The notes below the pieces were generated by a model. That model searched no databases and had not been told where the DNA came from. It saw nothing but the letters and a program-made list of their open reading frames with translations. From Octopus vulgaris (Eukaryota), in assembly GCA_951406725.2 (NCBI GenBank), contig OX597821.1, forward strand, positions 19,406,001-19,470,000: a stretch of 64,000 nt of DNA. The letters are read 5' to 3'. A program made the position numbers and the translations under genes. Shown here in pieces: positions 12,099-25,915 of this stretch; positions within the stretch are counted from its first letter, which is position 1, and every line of letters begins with the position of its first letter.

Positions 12099-12409
12099 AC
12101 AACAGATCCAATACACTTCTCTATCGATACGGCTGTTGCTATCACGTGTTCAATCAAAAATAATTTTCCGTGGATTTATCAAGTACAATTTTTTGTTGAT
12201 ACAACCAGTTCTATCATACCACTCATCGAAGATAATTCTTTACTGATGCATTTGGTTCTACCACGTGACACATCGAATACAGTTCTCTAATGACATGTCT
12301 GGTTCTATCACTTGCCATATAGAACTATCTCTGTTGATAGATCTTGTTGATACATTGGGTACGAGATCGAAGATAATTTTCACATCACATAACATATTTA
12401 AATGTTTTA

Positions 12410-12702
12410 CTCGACCGATCCAGTGGAAACAATGTAAACCAAACTATCAAAGATAATCTAAACTTCTATGATACCATAAAATTTACACCATATAGGCCCC
12501 CTTATCGCAATACATTTTGGATTTAACCGAAGAAGACTGTACTTGTCAATGTCGTTTTCTAAACCACTTTAGTAGTTCGTCCGTATCTGCTTGTAACTCA
12601 AGCTTACTTTCCTCTTTTGTGAGCAGTAAATTGTCAACGAACAATAGCATCAAAGAATTGCTAAACTCATCTGCTGATCCATCAGCAAGCAAACTAAACC
12701 AC
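12410..12702 (-). mobile_element. Probable highly decayed hAT transposase catalytic region (alternative: host terminal exon)
   Basis: WFSLLADGSAD (FSxxxDxSxD-like) followed about 250 nt later by GLHCFH (HCxxH-like), with stops and frameshifts between. Confidence 0.4.
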
Positions 12703-13325
12703 TAAAAGAACAAATTACCGTTGACGACATGATAATCGATACGAATTAATGTAACATAATTCTTTTTCGGGACTGTGAAGAATACAAAATTAGAAATAAT
12801 AGCGTGTTAAAAACAAAACAAAACATTTGGATACTTTCATGTCCTACGGGCAGCCCAATCAGCTTAGCCTCTCATCGATTCGAAGTCGAGGAAATAAGTG
12901 CCAATGGCGCACTCCACCGCCCAAATTTCAGGCCTTGTGCCTATGGTAGAAAGGAGAATATATAATTAAAACAAAATATTCTACTGCATTTTATCATTGG
13001 TACAGTTGGTTATTTCCCAAGATTCCCATTTACTGCTTTGCTTAAAATCTAGAAAGAGTAGCATTCTCGAACTTATTTATTTCTCTTTTAAATATACGTA
13101 CCACATACACAATTTAATTAATCCAGCGTCTGTAAATGTTCTTTCCAGAGATAATAAATAAGCTACTGTCAGATGCGGCGTCAGTAACAACTTCACTTTG
13201 TTTTTATCTTAATGAAAAATATTGTTATTATATATATATATATATATATATAAACAACCTTTAAAGGTATTTTTTAATATGCTGGCCTTTGATAGAATTT
13301 TTTCGAAAAATTCTATCCTATATTA

Positions 13326-13545
<220 letters not shown>

Positions 13546-13754
13546 GTGTGTACATATGTACAGAAAACAATAGGCAGATAGTCACCTTATTTTTTTACTT
13601 TTGCGCATGTGCATCATTTGTTTTTTGATTTTGTCGACTACACAGTACAGTAGAGTCAGTTGGGCACCATCTGTGAGAAAAACAGCACGATTAATCAATT
13701 CACTCAGCGAGAAATATGGAAACGGCATCGTGATAATGATGATGATGATGATGC

Positions 13755-14197
13755 TGATAAGATGGAAAATAGCAAATATTATGCCCAATACCACAGATTT
13801 GCTTGTCAGTTGTTTGACCATAACCAGTTGAACATTTCCTTAGTGGCTGGTGATATGTGCATCTCTTCTCAGAAGCATAAGCCATTATCGAAAGGAAATA
13901 TTTGGGGTTTAAATAATCTACCTTTGAAAACATGGGTGTTTTGTTGTCCACCCTTAAGGAAAACATATTTACGGATCTTTTAATTGCGATGGGCTTCTCG
14001 AGCAGAAGAATATTCTAACTGAGCCCCATCGGCAAGATCATGCACGGTTTTTCTTGATACAAGGTCACCATATCATGCATATATGCCTGTGTTGCATACG
14101 CCTCGTATACCATTATCAGACGGTAGTCATAATAGGTGTATTTAGCTTCGTATATTTGTACCGGAGTCACTTTAATGACATGCGCTACCTCTCCCTC

Positions 14198-14265
<68 letters not shown>
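13755..14265 (+). mobile_element. 3' fragment of an (AAT)n-tailed non-LTR element (family D)
   Basis: Homologous to the minus-strand copy at 34707-35485; ends CTCTCCCTC-(AAT)n. Confidence 0.7.
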
Positions 14266-14267
<2 letters not shown>

Positions 14268-14660
14268 GTCTCAAATTTTGCCGCAATGGAAGCAATTTTG
14301 GTGGAGGGGTATGAGTCGACTACATCGACATCAGTGTTCAACTGGTACTTATTTTATCGATCCCGAAAGGATGAAAGGCGAAGTCGACCCCGGCGGAATT
14401 TGCACTCAGAACGTAGCGACTGGCGGAATACCTATTTCTTTATTACCTACAAGGGGCTAAACACAGAGGGGACAAACAAGGACAGACATAGGTATCAAGT
14501 CGATTACACCGACCCCAGTGCGTAACTGGTACTTAATTTATCGACCCCGAAAGGATGAAAGGCAAAGTCGACCTCGGCGGAATTTGAACTCACAACGTAG
14601 CGCAGACAAAATACCGCTAAGCATTTCCTCCAGGGCGCTAACGATTCCGCCAGCTCACCA
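14266..14660 (-). mobile_element. Nested family B SINEs: long-tail copy (14431-14660) joined to a headless older copy (14266-14430)
   Basis: Two consecutive cores; junction AATAAAGAAATA|GGTATT on the minus strand. Confidence 0.85.
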
Positions 14661-14663
14661 CAT

Positions 14664-14705
14664 AACAACAACAACAGCAGCAACAACAACAACAGCAGCA
14701 GCAGC

Positions 14706-14764
<59 letters not shown>

Positions 14765-14766
14765 CG
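14664..14766. repeat. (CAA/CAG)n microsatellite
   Basis: Seen directly. Confidence 0.95.
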
Positions 14767-16561
14767 ATAATAATATACAGACTGGTGATGTAGTTGAAGC
14801 GAAGCGAGCAGATGTAATCGTTTTCGACATTTTAAAATAAGAAACGTCATCACAGATATGCCAATATCTGCAGATGTGAATTTATTGGTCAATAAATAGA
14901 AGAAAAATATGAAAATTCCTTGGTTTAGCTATGGAAATGCGAAGACTACGGAGGTTTATATAAAACTAATCGCATTTAGTTGCCTTAGACATTGTTACCA
15001 AAAGTCGTGGAAATATCCTTATTCAGATTGGTTTAAGCAAGTGAATTGCATTAATTCAGAAACCTGTTCTTTTGGGAACAACAAGGATTGTAAGATGTCT
15101 AAGCAATCAAAGACATTGATTCGGAATGTAACACATTCTTACCTATCATGGATGATAATAAAGATAAAAATGATGATGATGACGATGACCACGACGGCGA
15201 CGACGACAATGATGATGATGATAATGGTAATGATGATGATGATGATAATAATTTCTTTATTGACCGCTATTTATTAAACAGGGTGAAAATGAAGGAAACA
15301 TTATACGATCCGAATCTTTCAAAAACCTCTGCATATAATTTCTTCCGTGCGGTCATCACCATAGTTTTTAAGTTTATCCCATGTTCTAAAAAAAATTGTT
15401 CTGATAATCTAATAATGATTGTTTGTTCTCCTTACTCAAGTTTCTGCTACTTGGCTAATGAAAGTAATAGGTGTGTTTTTACTCAAACTATTTCTAATTT
15501 AAATGGTTTGTGAGAATGATAATTTAGCTAACGAGATATTATATATTATTGCGAAAAGTGTGACACATCAAACAGAAAAAAAAACATTACACCTTCATCT
15601 ATCCATTCTTAATTGTGAAACGTCGACAAATCCTACTACATAAGGAATGTAATGAACTGTTTGCATTTATTAAAATATTATATATTCACCTTTCTATGTT
15701 GTCTGTAATTCACTTTCATTACGAAAATTAAATTATAGTCTATAATGTTATCACTTAACTGATGATGGTCTTCTTCGTTTCCTTCAGTCTACCTTACAAA
15801 TATTGGAAGAAGCTGTTTAATAATATAATATTCATGCTATGTCTGTGCATTAACCTCGTTGTTGGAAGGTTAGATTTGGTATGAAGAATACAGACGTCGG
15901 CGTCATTTCAAAGGGACATATTTTGTGGTGTGAATGTAATTTAATAGAGACGTCTATGAAACAGTAAAGTCACATTGTAACATTTTAAACATATTTTATA
16001 TATTAGAAAATACTACCTCCTTAGCTTGATCAAATCTAAACTCGGAACATAAATGTCTTACTGTGCCTACTAATATGTACATCTTAATGATTGTTAGATC
16101 TCTAAGGACTGTGTTTCTCAAAATAAAGGTGAAAGTACATCACTCATCGGGGTATATGTTTACCAAGTGGAATATTTTGCTTTGAATTAAATATTGCGAC
16201 CCAGCTGGACATTACTCTTCGATTGACACCTATTTACATTTAAGTGTTCAATTTGGTAACTTTAACGCTTACGCATAGATAAATGATAATGTTCTGTTGA
16301 AAACAAACCGGTGGGTACAGTACTCATGTTATTTATTGCTCAGTGGTCTACCGTACCTAATGGTACCTCTTTGCACACCTAAGACATATTTTCTACTTAA
16401 TTATTAAGGGGCCGGGTAAAAACGTTTTGTATAAATATGAGATCCATTCCTACTACTGAAATATATTCTTAATACGCTATTACGCGTGTCAATAAATACT
16501 CAGATATAGATGTATACTGAACATATACATACTTATAAAATACACACACACACACACACAA

Positions 16562-16603
<42 letters not shown>

Positions 16604-16633
16604 TTACAATTATCAAGTATTCACCCTGACTTT

Positions 16634-16684
<51 letters not shown>

Positions 16685-16733
16685 ATATATATATATGTTT
16701 ATATATATGTATATATATATGTTTATATATATG

Positions 16734-16777
<44 letters not shown>

Positions 16778-17384
16778 TATACACTTACCCGTCCATATAC
16801 TCATATACACACGTACATATAAGCCTATATATAGCTGAACACTAGCAATAACTTTGGAATATACGAAAATCATCTCCAGATGTATATATACAGACACAAA
16901 TACAAATACACAAAGACAAACTAACATTCACAAACAGACGAAAGATAGCGTGCATACACACTAACAAACACGTTCGTTGGAAATAGTTGCCCTCGATCAA
17001 TGCGGCGTCGTCCTCATGAGCCATTACCATCCTCAACAGTTAGTGTATATTGCTCTGAGGATCTGCCTCCGTGTACTTCACATATACCACTATGGATAAT
17101 ATGAGGTATGAGAGAACTTTCCCTCACCATGCCAAACTCATAGAAAGATATCAGGAAAACGAAAGCACGATGCTACCATTTTCCAGTCGTAACTGGTGTC
17201 TCTTGGCTCTTACAGACGTGGTGGCACGTATCCGATTGGAACAACTGTTTTCGTGATCGAGAGCATCTGATTCTTTCATTTGTGACACCAAGTTTAGAAC
17301 ATCGTTTCTATTGCAAATCTTGTCTTTTCAGGTGTAAACCGGGAAACTCAAACGAAAAGCAAAGCAGTAGATGGTTACGTAAAA

Positions 17385-17647
17385 GGCGGCGAACTGACAG
17401 AAACGTTAGCACGCCGGATGAAATGCTTAGCGGTATTTCGTCTGTCGTTACGTTGTGAGTTCAAATTCCGCCGAGGTTGACTTTGCCTTTCATCCTTTCG
17501 GGGTCGATAAATAAAGTACCAGTTCCGCACTGGGGTCGATAAATTACTTACCAGTTCCGTACTGATGTCGATGTAATCGACTTAATACCTATGTCTGTCC
17601 TTTTTTGTCTACTCTATGTTTAGCCCCTTGTGGGTAATAAAGAAATA
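17385..17647 (+). mobile_element. SINE family B, full length, with TSD
   Basis: GGCGGCGAACTGACAGAAACGTTAGC..GAGTTCAAATTCC..AATAAAGAAATA; GGTTACGTAAAAGGC repeated at 17373-17387 and 17648-17662. Confidence 0.93.
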
Positions 17648-18786
17648 GGTTACGTAAAAGGCTCTGTACATTGATATATTTTCACACAGGTCATTTTCGA
17701 GACCACGAGTGTCAGCGATCCCTAAACTGCAACACTTTATCAAATCAAGATGAAAGCAACGTGCTCAAGAAAAGAACCATGTATAGCAGAATTTGCTTTT
17801 CAGCGGATATGGTTGACTGTTCTTCGTGTCGACAGTCTTGTTATCCTATTTACAAGGCGGAGAAAATACAATTTATTTACTGCAAAAGATAAAATTTGCT
17901 GTTTTCTTCTTTAAGTCTCCTCTGTAAATATGCAAGATTTGTCACATTAAAGACAAAATAAGTAAAAAGAAACTGATAGATAATCATTGAATCACATCCA
18001 CATATACATATAGAGCTATATACGCAATCCCACTCTCAAATACACACATAGCTCATATAAATAAAGTTATCACGTGATTCTTCACTATCCTGTATATGCA
18101 AAACATACACTCATTTAAACATAAAAAATGAGAGTGATATAAATCCTATGATTGGGAGACCAAAATATTTGTAAGCTATCAGTTAAGAAAAGTCTACCGA
18201 GAATTGACCTCTATCAGATTATATAATCATTCTGAATGTTTATTATCTCTGGGCTATATAATGGAAAGGAGGATATGTATGTCTTTAACTGGAGTCAGAG
18301 GAGACTATAATTTGCATATCTGAAACGAAGGGAGGTAATCAACTGTAAACAGCTGATAGGAGTTTCAATATATGCATGAGATAATTTTACTCTAGTCATG
18401 TTCGTGTTGGTAAGGGTTGTGTGAATGATAATAATAGAAGTGGTGTGAGTTGCTCATTTTGCTTTTTATATCCAGGTCAAATCTTTTATTCTAGAAATAT
18501 GTTCAAGAGCTTTCCAGCCGTAACCATCCTGTATTTCCCCTCCGTATAGTATATTGTGATGGTGGTCTACTTGCTGTTGTGTATATGGTCTCGGGGCGGT
18601 GCTGATTCAGACCTATAATAATATAAACAAAGGCTTTCTGGCCCTGACCATCTCATCATCCACTTGTTACTAGCATATATTGTTGAATGTATTATTCATT
18701 CATTAAGGACGATAGCGTGCAGTTTGAAGGATATTTGACTGTTTTCTTTAGCAGGGTGAGTAACAGCGTAGTGGTTTCTATGATAC

Positions 18787-18882
18787 TGTGACGATGATAT
18801 TTGCGATAATGTGGTACTTTGTGACGATGATATTTGCGATAATGTGGTATTTTGTGACAATGATATTTGCGATAATGCGGTA
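18787..18882. repeat. 33-bp minisatellite, ~3 copies
   Basis: TGTGACGATGATATTTGCGATAATGTGGTAYTT at 18787, 18820 and 18853. Confidence 0.93.
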
Positions 18883-18944
18883 GTGTCGTTGTGGCGTGAC
18901 GAAGTTGAGATGGTATAATATAATGTAGAGAAGTAGTGTTCTCA

Positions 18945-19305
18945 AAATATTGGTTTCACAGTTTTGAATCAGTGGGTAAGTCGATTACATGAATCGCAGT
19001 GTTCAATTGCTAATTATTTCATAGAAGCAGAAAGGATGAAAAACAACGTCGACCTCGGAGGAATTTGAATTCAGAACGTAACGACAGACGAAATATTGCT
19101 AAGCATTTTGTCCGGAGTGCTAACGGTTCTGGCAACTCGCTGCCTAAAGTATCCTCGAAATATTGGTTACAAATTTTGGTACAAAGCCAGCAATTTTAGG
19201 GAGGGAATAAGTCGATTACATCAACACCAGTGTTCAACTGTTACTTATTTAATGGACCCCGAAGGGATAAAATGCAAAGTAAACCTCAGAGTAATTCGAA
19301 CTCAT
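18945..19305 (-). mobile_element. Two tandem degenerate family B SINEs
   Basis: AAGTCGATTACAT..CAGTGTTCAA..AAGGATGAAA core present twice. Confidence 0.75.
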
Positions 19306-19756
19306 TAATTTAGCTATTCTCGAAATATTAGTGGTGGATATAAGGTAGTGTGCGGTGGGGTATGAGAGAGGCAACTGTGTGTCTGATGGTGTTACTTGGC
19401 TATATTGTGTGGTGGCTGTATGTGACATGATGGAGCTCATGATAATGTTGAAGTGTGTGTGAATTTGTGCATCGGTGTGAAGATCATATCTAGGTATTCG
19501 ATGATATTGGATATGTGTGAGACTATCTGTTAATAATATATAACATTGTAGTAATAATGTGCAAAAGATTAGAGGAGAACATTTTTAAAAAACAACTCCC
19601 AAGAATATGTGGAAAATTCAATAACATCGCAAAAAACAGCCATTTTGTTATTCATTTTATAACACATAGAAACTATTAACATATCTTTGCATACGTATCT
19701 AAAAATGGTTTAGTTTACACATAGATATAAATACATGCACATCATACACACCTAAA

Positions 19757-19875
<119 letters not shown>

Positions 19876-20279
19876 TGTAAAATACTGATGAACGGTTGGA
19901 AGCTTTAGCTTATTATAAACATATATATTTTATATTTACAAAAAGGTCTAATATTTTTACACAAGCAGTAATTACATTTATTCTATGTATTTATATGTAT
20001 CAAAATAAAAATATAAAAATATTTTTCCTATAATAGATGCTTATGTATTATAGTTTAACTCAAAATATACCGTTGGACGTATTCATAACTTTAATTTGAC
20101 ATATATTACAAAAACAAAAGCGAGAAAGTAAAAAAGGGATGACATGTTACTTCGAGGTTTTTGTACCAAAAAATGGTTTTAGTGTATATATTTATGTGTA
20201 CTGCGGCTACATATACATACATACATACATACATACATACAAATAAATATGTGTATGTACGTGTGTACATATAGCTCCA

Positions 20280-22215
20280 TTTACAGCATTTCAGTTGAAA
20301 AGACTCTCCTCGCCAACCACGACATGATATTTTGCAAATTTAATTTCCGGCATATCAGAACCAAACCAGTGAATCTCACTCCACTGCACTTATTTGACAA
20401 CATAAACTTCTACAATCTGGACTGCGAAGCAATCAGAAAAAAAGGATCTGTCCTTTATCGATTGGTCCTTCACTCTCAGTTCCACCGACATTGAAACCAC
20501 ATGGCAGCACTTTGAGGACACTGTCAGCTGTACATGCTCAAAACACGCTCCTACGAAATTCACTAACATAAACAGAAACAGATTCCCAACAGTGAGATAA
20601 AAACACTCATCAGGAGTATCAAAATAATCACCCTATTAAAATACTCCCAAATACAGCATCCACATTCAACAAGAATAAAAATGCTGGAGTTGGAAAAATT
20701 TCATCTGCAGACCAAGATGAAAACCTGCATCGAAAATCAAGTAGCTGCAGAGGAACAATGTGTAATCAAAACAAAAATAAAATCAAACAAAACCTATCCC
20801 ACCTGTTGGTTGATTTATCGATGGTAACCACATTCTCCAAAATGATGCTAAAGAGAAGTGCTTCAAAAACAAGTGCGGCATGGAATATCTAACACAGCTT
20901 TTACACCATATCGATGTCTTTGCAGCCTTGGGACCAGGTTCAAAATCTGATGTCATATATCTTGACTTCAATGAAGCATTCGACAAAGTCGAACATAATA
21001 TTCTGCCGTCAAAATTGTCAAATGTTGGAAACCGTGGAAAACTACTACATTGGATTGAGTATTTCCTGGAGAATAGAACACATGCTGTAATAGATGGAAT
21101 CTACTCTAGCTCAGAAAAAGCCACTAGTAGTGTCCCTAGGGGGACTCTCGTGGGTCCGCTTCTGTTTATATTCTATTTAAAGGACCTTTCTAGCGTCATA
21201 AAACGCAGAAAAGTGAAAATATTCGCTGATGACTCCAAACCCCAGAAAATTATCAACGAAGAAGACCGAAATGAACTCCAGTCTGATCTGCATGATGTGA
21301 GTCAATGGGCAGACAGAAACAAAATGCAACTAAATGAAGGAAAATTTGAGCTGATGCAATTTGGAAGGAAGACCATGCTAAAACAACTATACTCTCTTCC
21401 TTTAGGTGAACCACTCATGGCATCTGATAATATCAGAAACCTAGGAGTAATTGTAGACAACATCAGCTGGAGTACAATAAGGTCGATATAGGGCGATATA
21501 GCTCGTAGGAGCTCCTGGATCCTAAGAACTTTCCTGTCCAGAGAACAAGGTACAATCATTCCACTTTACTTCTCCTTTGTCCGGCCACACCTCGAATGCT
21601 GCTGCTCCCTGTAGTCTCCTCACACAAAACAAAACATTTCGAAAATTGCATCGCTTCAGAGGGCATGAATGATTTTGATTACTGGCAACGCCTTAAAACA
21701 TTAAAACTCTTGTCTCCATCATTTGCATGATGTGGAGAATATACCACCAGATGTGACCAAACGACCTGAACATTAACTTCAAAATTGATCATAGGCCAGG
21801 ACCACTGGCCATACGTCCCATACCCAATTCAGGATCACAACACATGAATACACTGCAACACAACTTCTTTTCCTCATCAGGCCCAGTCCTATTTAACATT
21901 GTCCCGGAACAGATCAAGAGCGGAAAAGATCCCATCACTTTAAACGGAATCTAGACAAATTTCTTCAAGAAATACCAGTTAAACCACCTATACGTGAATA
22001 CAACTCACTCAACAAGAACTTCCTACTCGAATGGACCATGATACCACACAACGTGACGTAAAAACGATTTAGCTAATCCTTAAAGAATTGAAACCCTGTC
22101 CTCTCCAACGCCACCGTGAGCGATACATCCTTTGAACGATGTGGAAAATATACCACCAGCAGTGCCAAAACGACCTCAACATTATCTTCAAAATTGACCC
22201 AAAGCCATGACCACA
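20280..22215 (+). mobile_element. Decayed LINE (CR1/L2/Jockey-group) with reverse transcriptase domain, plus a second 3' fragment at ~22085-22215
   Basis: ORF 20880..21491: DVIYLDFNEAFDKV, VPRGTLVGPLLF, IFADDSK, QSDL..QWADRNKMQLN; downstream VRPHLECC motif; stops and frameshifts. Confidence 0.93.
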
Positions 22216-22254
22216 GCGATTAATTTAGACATGGACTGGACCAAAGTTTTATTT

Positions 22255-22625
22255 CCTTACTTGTTACAATCAGTTGAGTGCGGCCAAGCTAGAGCACTGC
22301 CTTACAAGCTATTTTGGTCGAAGAAATCGACCCAGAACTTATTTTGTGCAAGTAGTACTTATTTTATCGTTTTATTTTGCTGAACTGCTAAGTTACAAGA
22401 ACATAGACACACCAACATTAGTTGTTTAGCGATTGTCGGGATTAAGCACAGACACAAACACATAAATACATACATACACCACACACACACATATATATAC
22501 GATGGGCTACTTTCAGTTTCCATTTACCAAATCCAATCACAAGGCTTTGGTCGGCCGGAGGTTAAAAGTAAAATACACTTGCCTAAGGTATGACCCGGAA
22601 CCATGTGGTTGAGAAACAAGCTTCT
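22255..22625 (-). mobile_element. SINE family A, diverged
   Basis: Similar to 6723-7130 along its length. Confidence 0.8.
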
Positions 22626-22719
22626 TTGGTATTTGTCCAGATTCCTTTTAAAAGTGATGTAATCCTTTTATCCGTTTGGTCATGTTCGATCGCTGAAATC
22701 TACACCTTTTTTTTCCTTC

Positions 22720-22872
22720 GCTCTATATTTATTTCCTCTTATTCCTTTCCGTTGAAGAGCGTAGGCTCGAAAACTAAAAGACTTTTCCATTTTTGCCGAG
22801 CATCAAAATAATACACATGCTTCTTGTTCGTACACCTATCATCGTCTCTTATTTTTCTATGAATTTCAACTC
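22720..22872 (+). mobile_element. Penelope-like terminal fragment with a degenerate minimal hammerhead
   Basis: CCGTTGA-A-GAGC-GTAG-GCTC-GAAAAC-TA-AAAGA; same family as 3266-3397; ends in (TA)n. Confidence 0.5.
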
Positions 22873-23171
22873 TATATATATATATATATATGGTAATTAT
22901 TTCGTTGTATTTTTCGTTGTATATATATAATTATTATAACTATTTTAGTTTGTTTTGTCTGTTCTCGTCATTGTCCTATACGTTTCTTACTTGTTCCCAG
23001 TGGTTCTTTTTGCTCTGGTGCCTCCAATAAAGGAACATCCTTAACGATGATGGCACGAAACTAATATGATCTCTTGCAAGTTGGTTGATGAAGAATTAGC
23101 TACGAATTTTCCATGTTTTGTTTTTGTTAAAGTTTCCAATTTTCCAGTTCTGTTTTTGAAAAACAATCACT

Positions 23172-23225
<54 letters not shown>

Positions 23226-23977
23226 CGTGAGCATGTGCACATGCATACATAAATCCATACACATATATATATATATATATGCATATATGTATATACGAAC
23301 ATGCATAATATACATTAGCGCGCACACACACCCGCACACACACATATATCCATATATACATTATGTCCAACTTATTCTGATATACATTGCGTTTCAGAAC
23401 ACCATCTCTGAAAGGATTTTAACTTAAACAATTTCACAGCCTCCGAACGGTGTCTATATATTTAGTATGATACACTAATGACTTACATCCTCATTTTATT
23501 ACACTAAATTCATTAAAAATTTTTCGTAACAATCGACAAATGCGTATTTCTGAAGCGTATGCTTACCCTCATGGTTGATATTATATAAACCACAACATTC
23601 TTTAATTCAACACGTTTATTTAATTCCACTCTTGAATAATATCTTAGAAGCTTGTTAAGCTAATTTACAAATTCGCATATATTTCCCACTTCAATTATTT
23701 TTTTCTAGTATAACCCTTTCACTCGCACCTTCTTAAACTGACCATCTGTCTCAACCTACTGCTTATTCTGAGTAAGCACATTATCTCTGAGTAACCTATT
23801 CCACTTGTCTCTAAGTTTAGACATCTAACAACACGTTGCCACCTCCAAATACTCTGGCTGAAGTGATAACTCCAAATCCTTACCGCTTCACCTCCTTGAC
23901 CTTGTTGATCTTGTTCGAATTCTTATCATCCCATTTAGCATCCCTTTACTCTCCTACCTTACTGACATGAATATATA

Positions 23978-24343
23978 ACTCTTACTCTTTTATTTGTTTT
24001 AGTCATGTGACTTTGACCATGCTGAAGCACCGCCTTATTCTTTGTAAACCTAGTACTTATTCAATCGATCTCTTTTGCCGAAGTTACGGGGACGTAAACA
24101 CACCAGCATCAGTTGTCAAGCGATGTTGGGGGACAAACACAGACACAAACATGTACAAACACATACATACATATATATATATACGACGGGCTTCTTTTAG
24201 TTTCCGTGTACCAAATCCACTCACAAGGCTTTGGTCGGCCCGAGGTTATAGTAGAATACAATTACCCAAGATGCCATGCAGTGGGACTGAATCCGGAACC
24301 ATGCAGTTCGTAAGCAATCTACTTACCAAACAGCCACTCCTAC
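23978..24343 (-). mobile_element. SINE family A with internal deletion
   Basis: Head, central microsatellite and tail recognisable. Confidence 0.85.
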
Positions 24344-25149
24344 ATGCACTAACTGTATACGTTAATCTACCTCTTTCTTCCAGGTTCGTTTACATATATC
24401 TTACTCTTCGCCCATAATTATTTTGCCTTTCTTCCTGCAGCCTCACTTATATATCACTTCATCCATATTTTCCCCATTAAATGTTTGTAGTAGACAGCTT
24501 GAGGAAAATTGTAACAGATACTTATTCCTGAAAGAAGAGCAAGGAATGATTTGCACACCTTAATTCCTCTTCTGTTTGACCTTAAACTACAATGTAATAT
24601 CAATAGTTTGGTCTTACCTTATAACTATTCTTGGAGTATACCAACATATATCGTAGCCATTATACATGTTCCTGAATGGAACTCTTGTACATCCTTGTGA
24701 ATGAATGCCTTTAAATATTCTCTTTCTTTTATGTGCATAAAGACACATGCGTATATATACGCACATATATTTATATTTGTCTGCATGTGCCCGCGTGTTT
24801 GTGTGTTCGTGTGGAGGCTTTTGAGCACCCATTTATGTTATTATGCTTGGAAAATTCTTAATTTTAAATCTCCAGCTTCACAAGTCAAGTCTATTTGACT
24901 TATGTCATAATAAGTTGTTTACGGACTTCAGTATTTTCTAAAGAACGACAACGCGTAGATCAGTATTTTAATTTCAAGGAAAGACAAACTTGCCTGAAGC
25001 AAAAGTTAAATCCAAAAATCATGGACTCCGCCTTACATAGATATCTGTACGTATGAATACAAATATATATAAATATATATACATATATATGTGTGTATGT
25101 GTGTGTGTGTGTGTTTGTGTGTGTGTGCGTGTATGTGTTTGTTTATGTG

Positions 25150-25380
25150 TGTGTGTGTTTTTGTATCTGTGTTTACCTCTCCCTCCTCGCTTGACAAACG
25201 ATGTTGGTGTATTTATGTCCCCGTAAGCTAGCAGTTCGGTAAAAGTGCCCGATTGAATAAGTGCCAAGCTTACAAAGAATATGATAAGTCCCGGTGTCGA
25301 TTTCTTCACTAAAGTTCATTATGGCGCTGCTCCAGGATGGCCGCAGTCAAATGACTGTAACAATAAAAGTATAAAAGAAT
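25150..25380 (+). mobile_element. SINE family A, 3' half
   Basis: CGCTTGACAA..GTCCCCGTAA..ATGGCCGCAGTCAAATGACTG. Confidence 0.8.
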
Positions 25381-25847
25381 ATAAATACATGCATATACAT
25401 ATATATATATATATATATATCATAATAATAATTGTTGCAAGGATACGATTGCTGGTGTCCGTTATGACATCTCTGACAACCTCCTAAAAGCCAGTAAGCC
25501 GAGGTCTTTTCTCTTTTCTGCTGGAAACAAGTAAGAAAGTTGCTACTATACTTAAACGTAATGACGGTGTGTTATATATAGATTTAGTAAACAGTAAACA
25601 TTAATACATTTACGCATGGACACACACATACAGGTGATTTGTATAGATACGCATAACACTAAACAGTAACAGTATAACACTAAGCAGTAACAGTGATTAC
25701 TTATCCCATTCACTAACACTTTAGATAGCCATGCCTGTTAGAGGGAATAATTCGGTTATCGTTCACAGGGAAATAACGTAATCTGCTCCAGCATTTCAAT
25801 AGAGAAAGCAATATATGTACTTACGTTACGTACATACATATATACAT

Positions 25848-25915
<68 letters not shown>

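Noticed and set aside
12547-12702. Apparent terminal exon (TTCTTTTAG|WFSLLADGSAD..RKRH*)
   Set aside because: Better explained as an hAT catalytic-motif relic with a downstream HCxH; not excluded, but unsupported as a host exon
18787-18882. 33-bp repeats of CRISPR-like length
   Set aside because: Head-to-tail with no spacers, no cas genes, eukaryotic context
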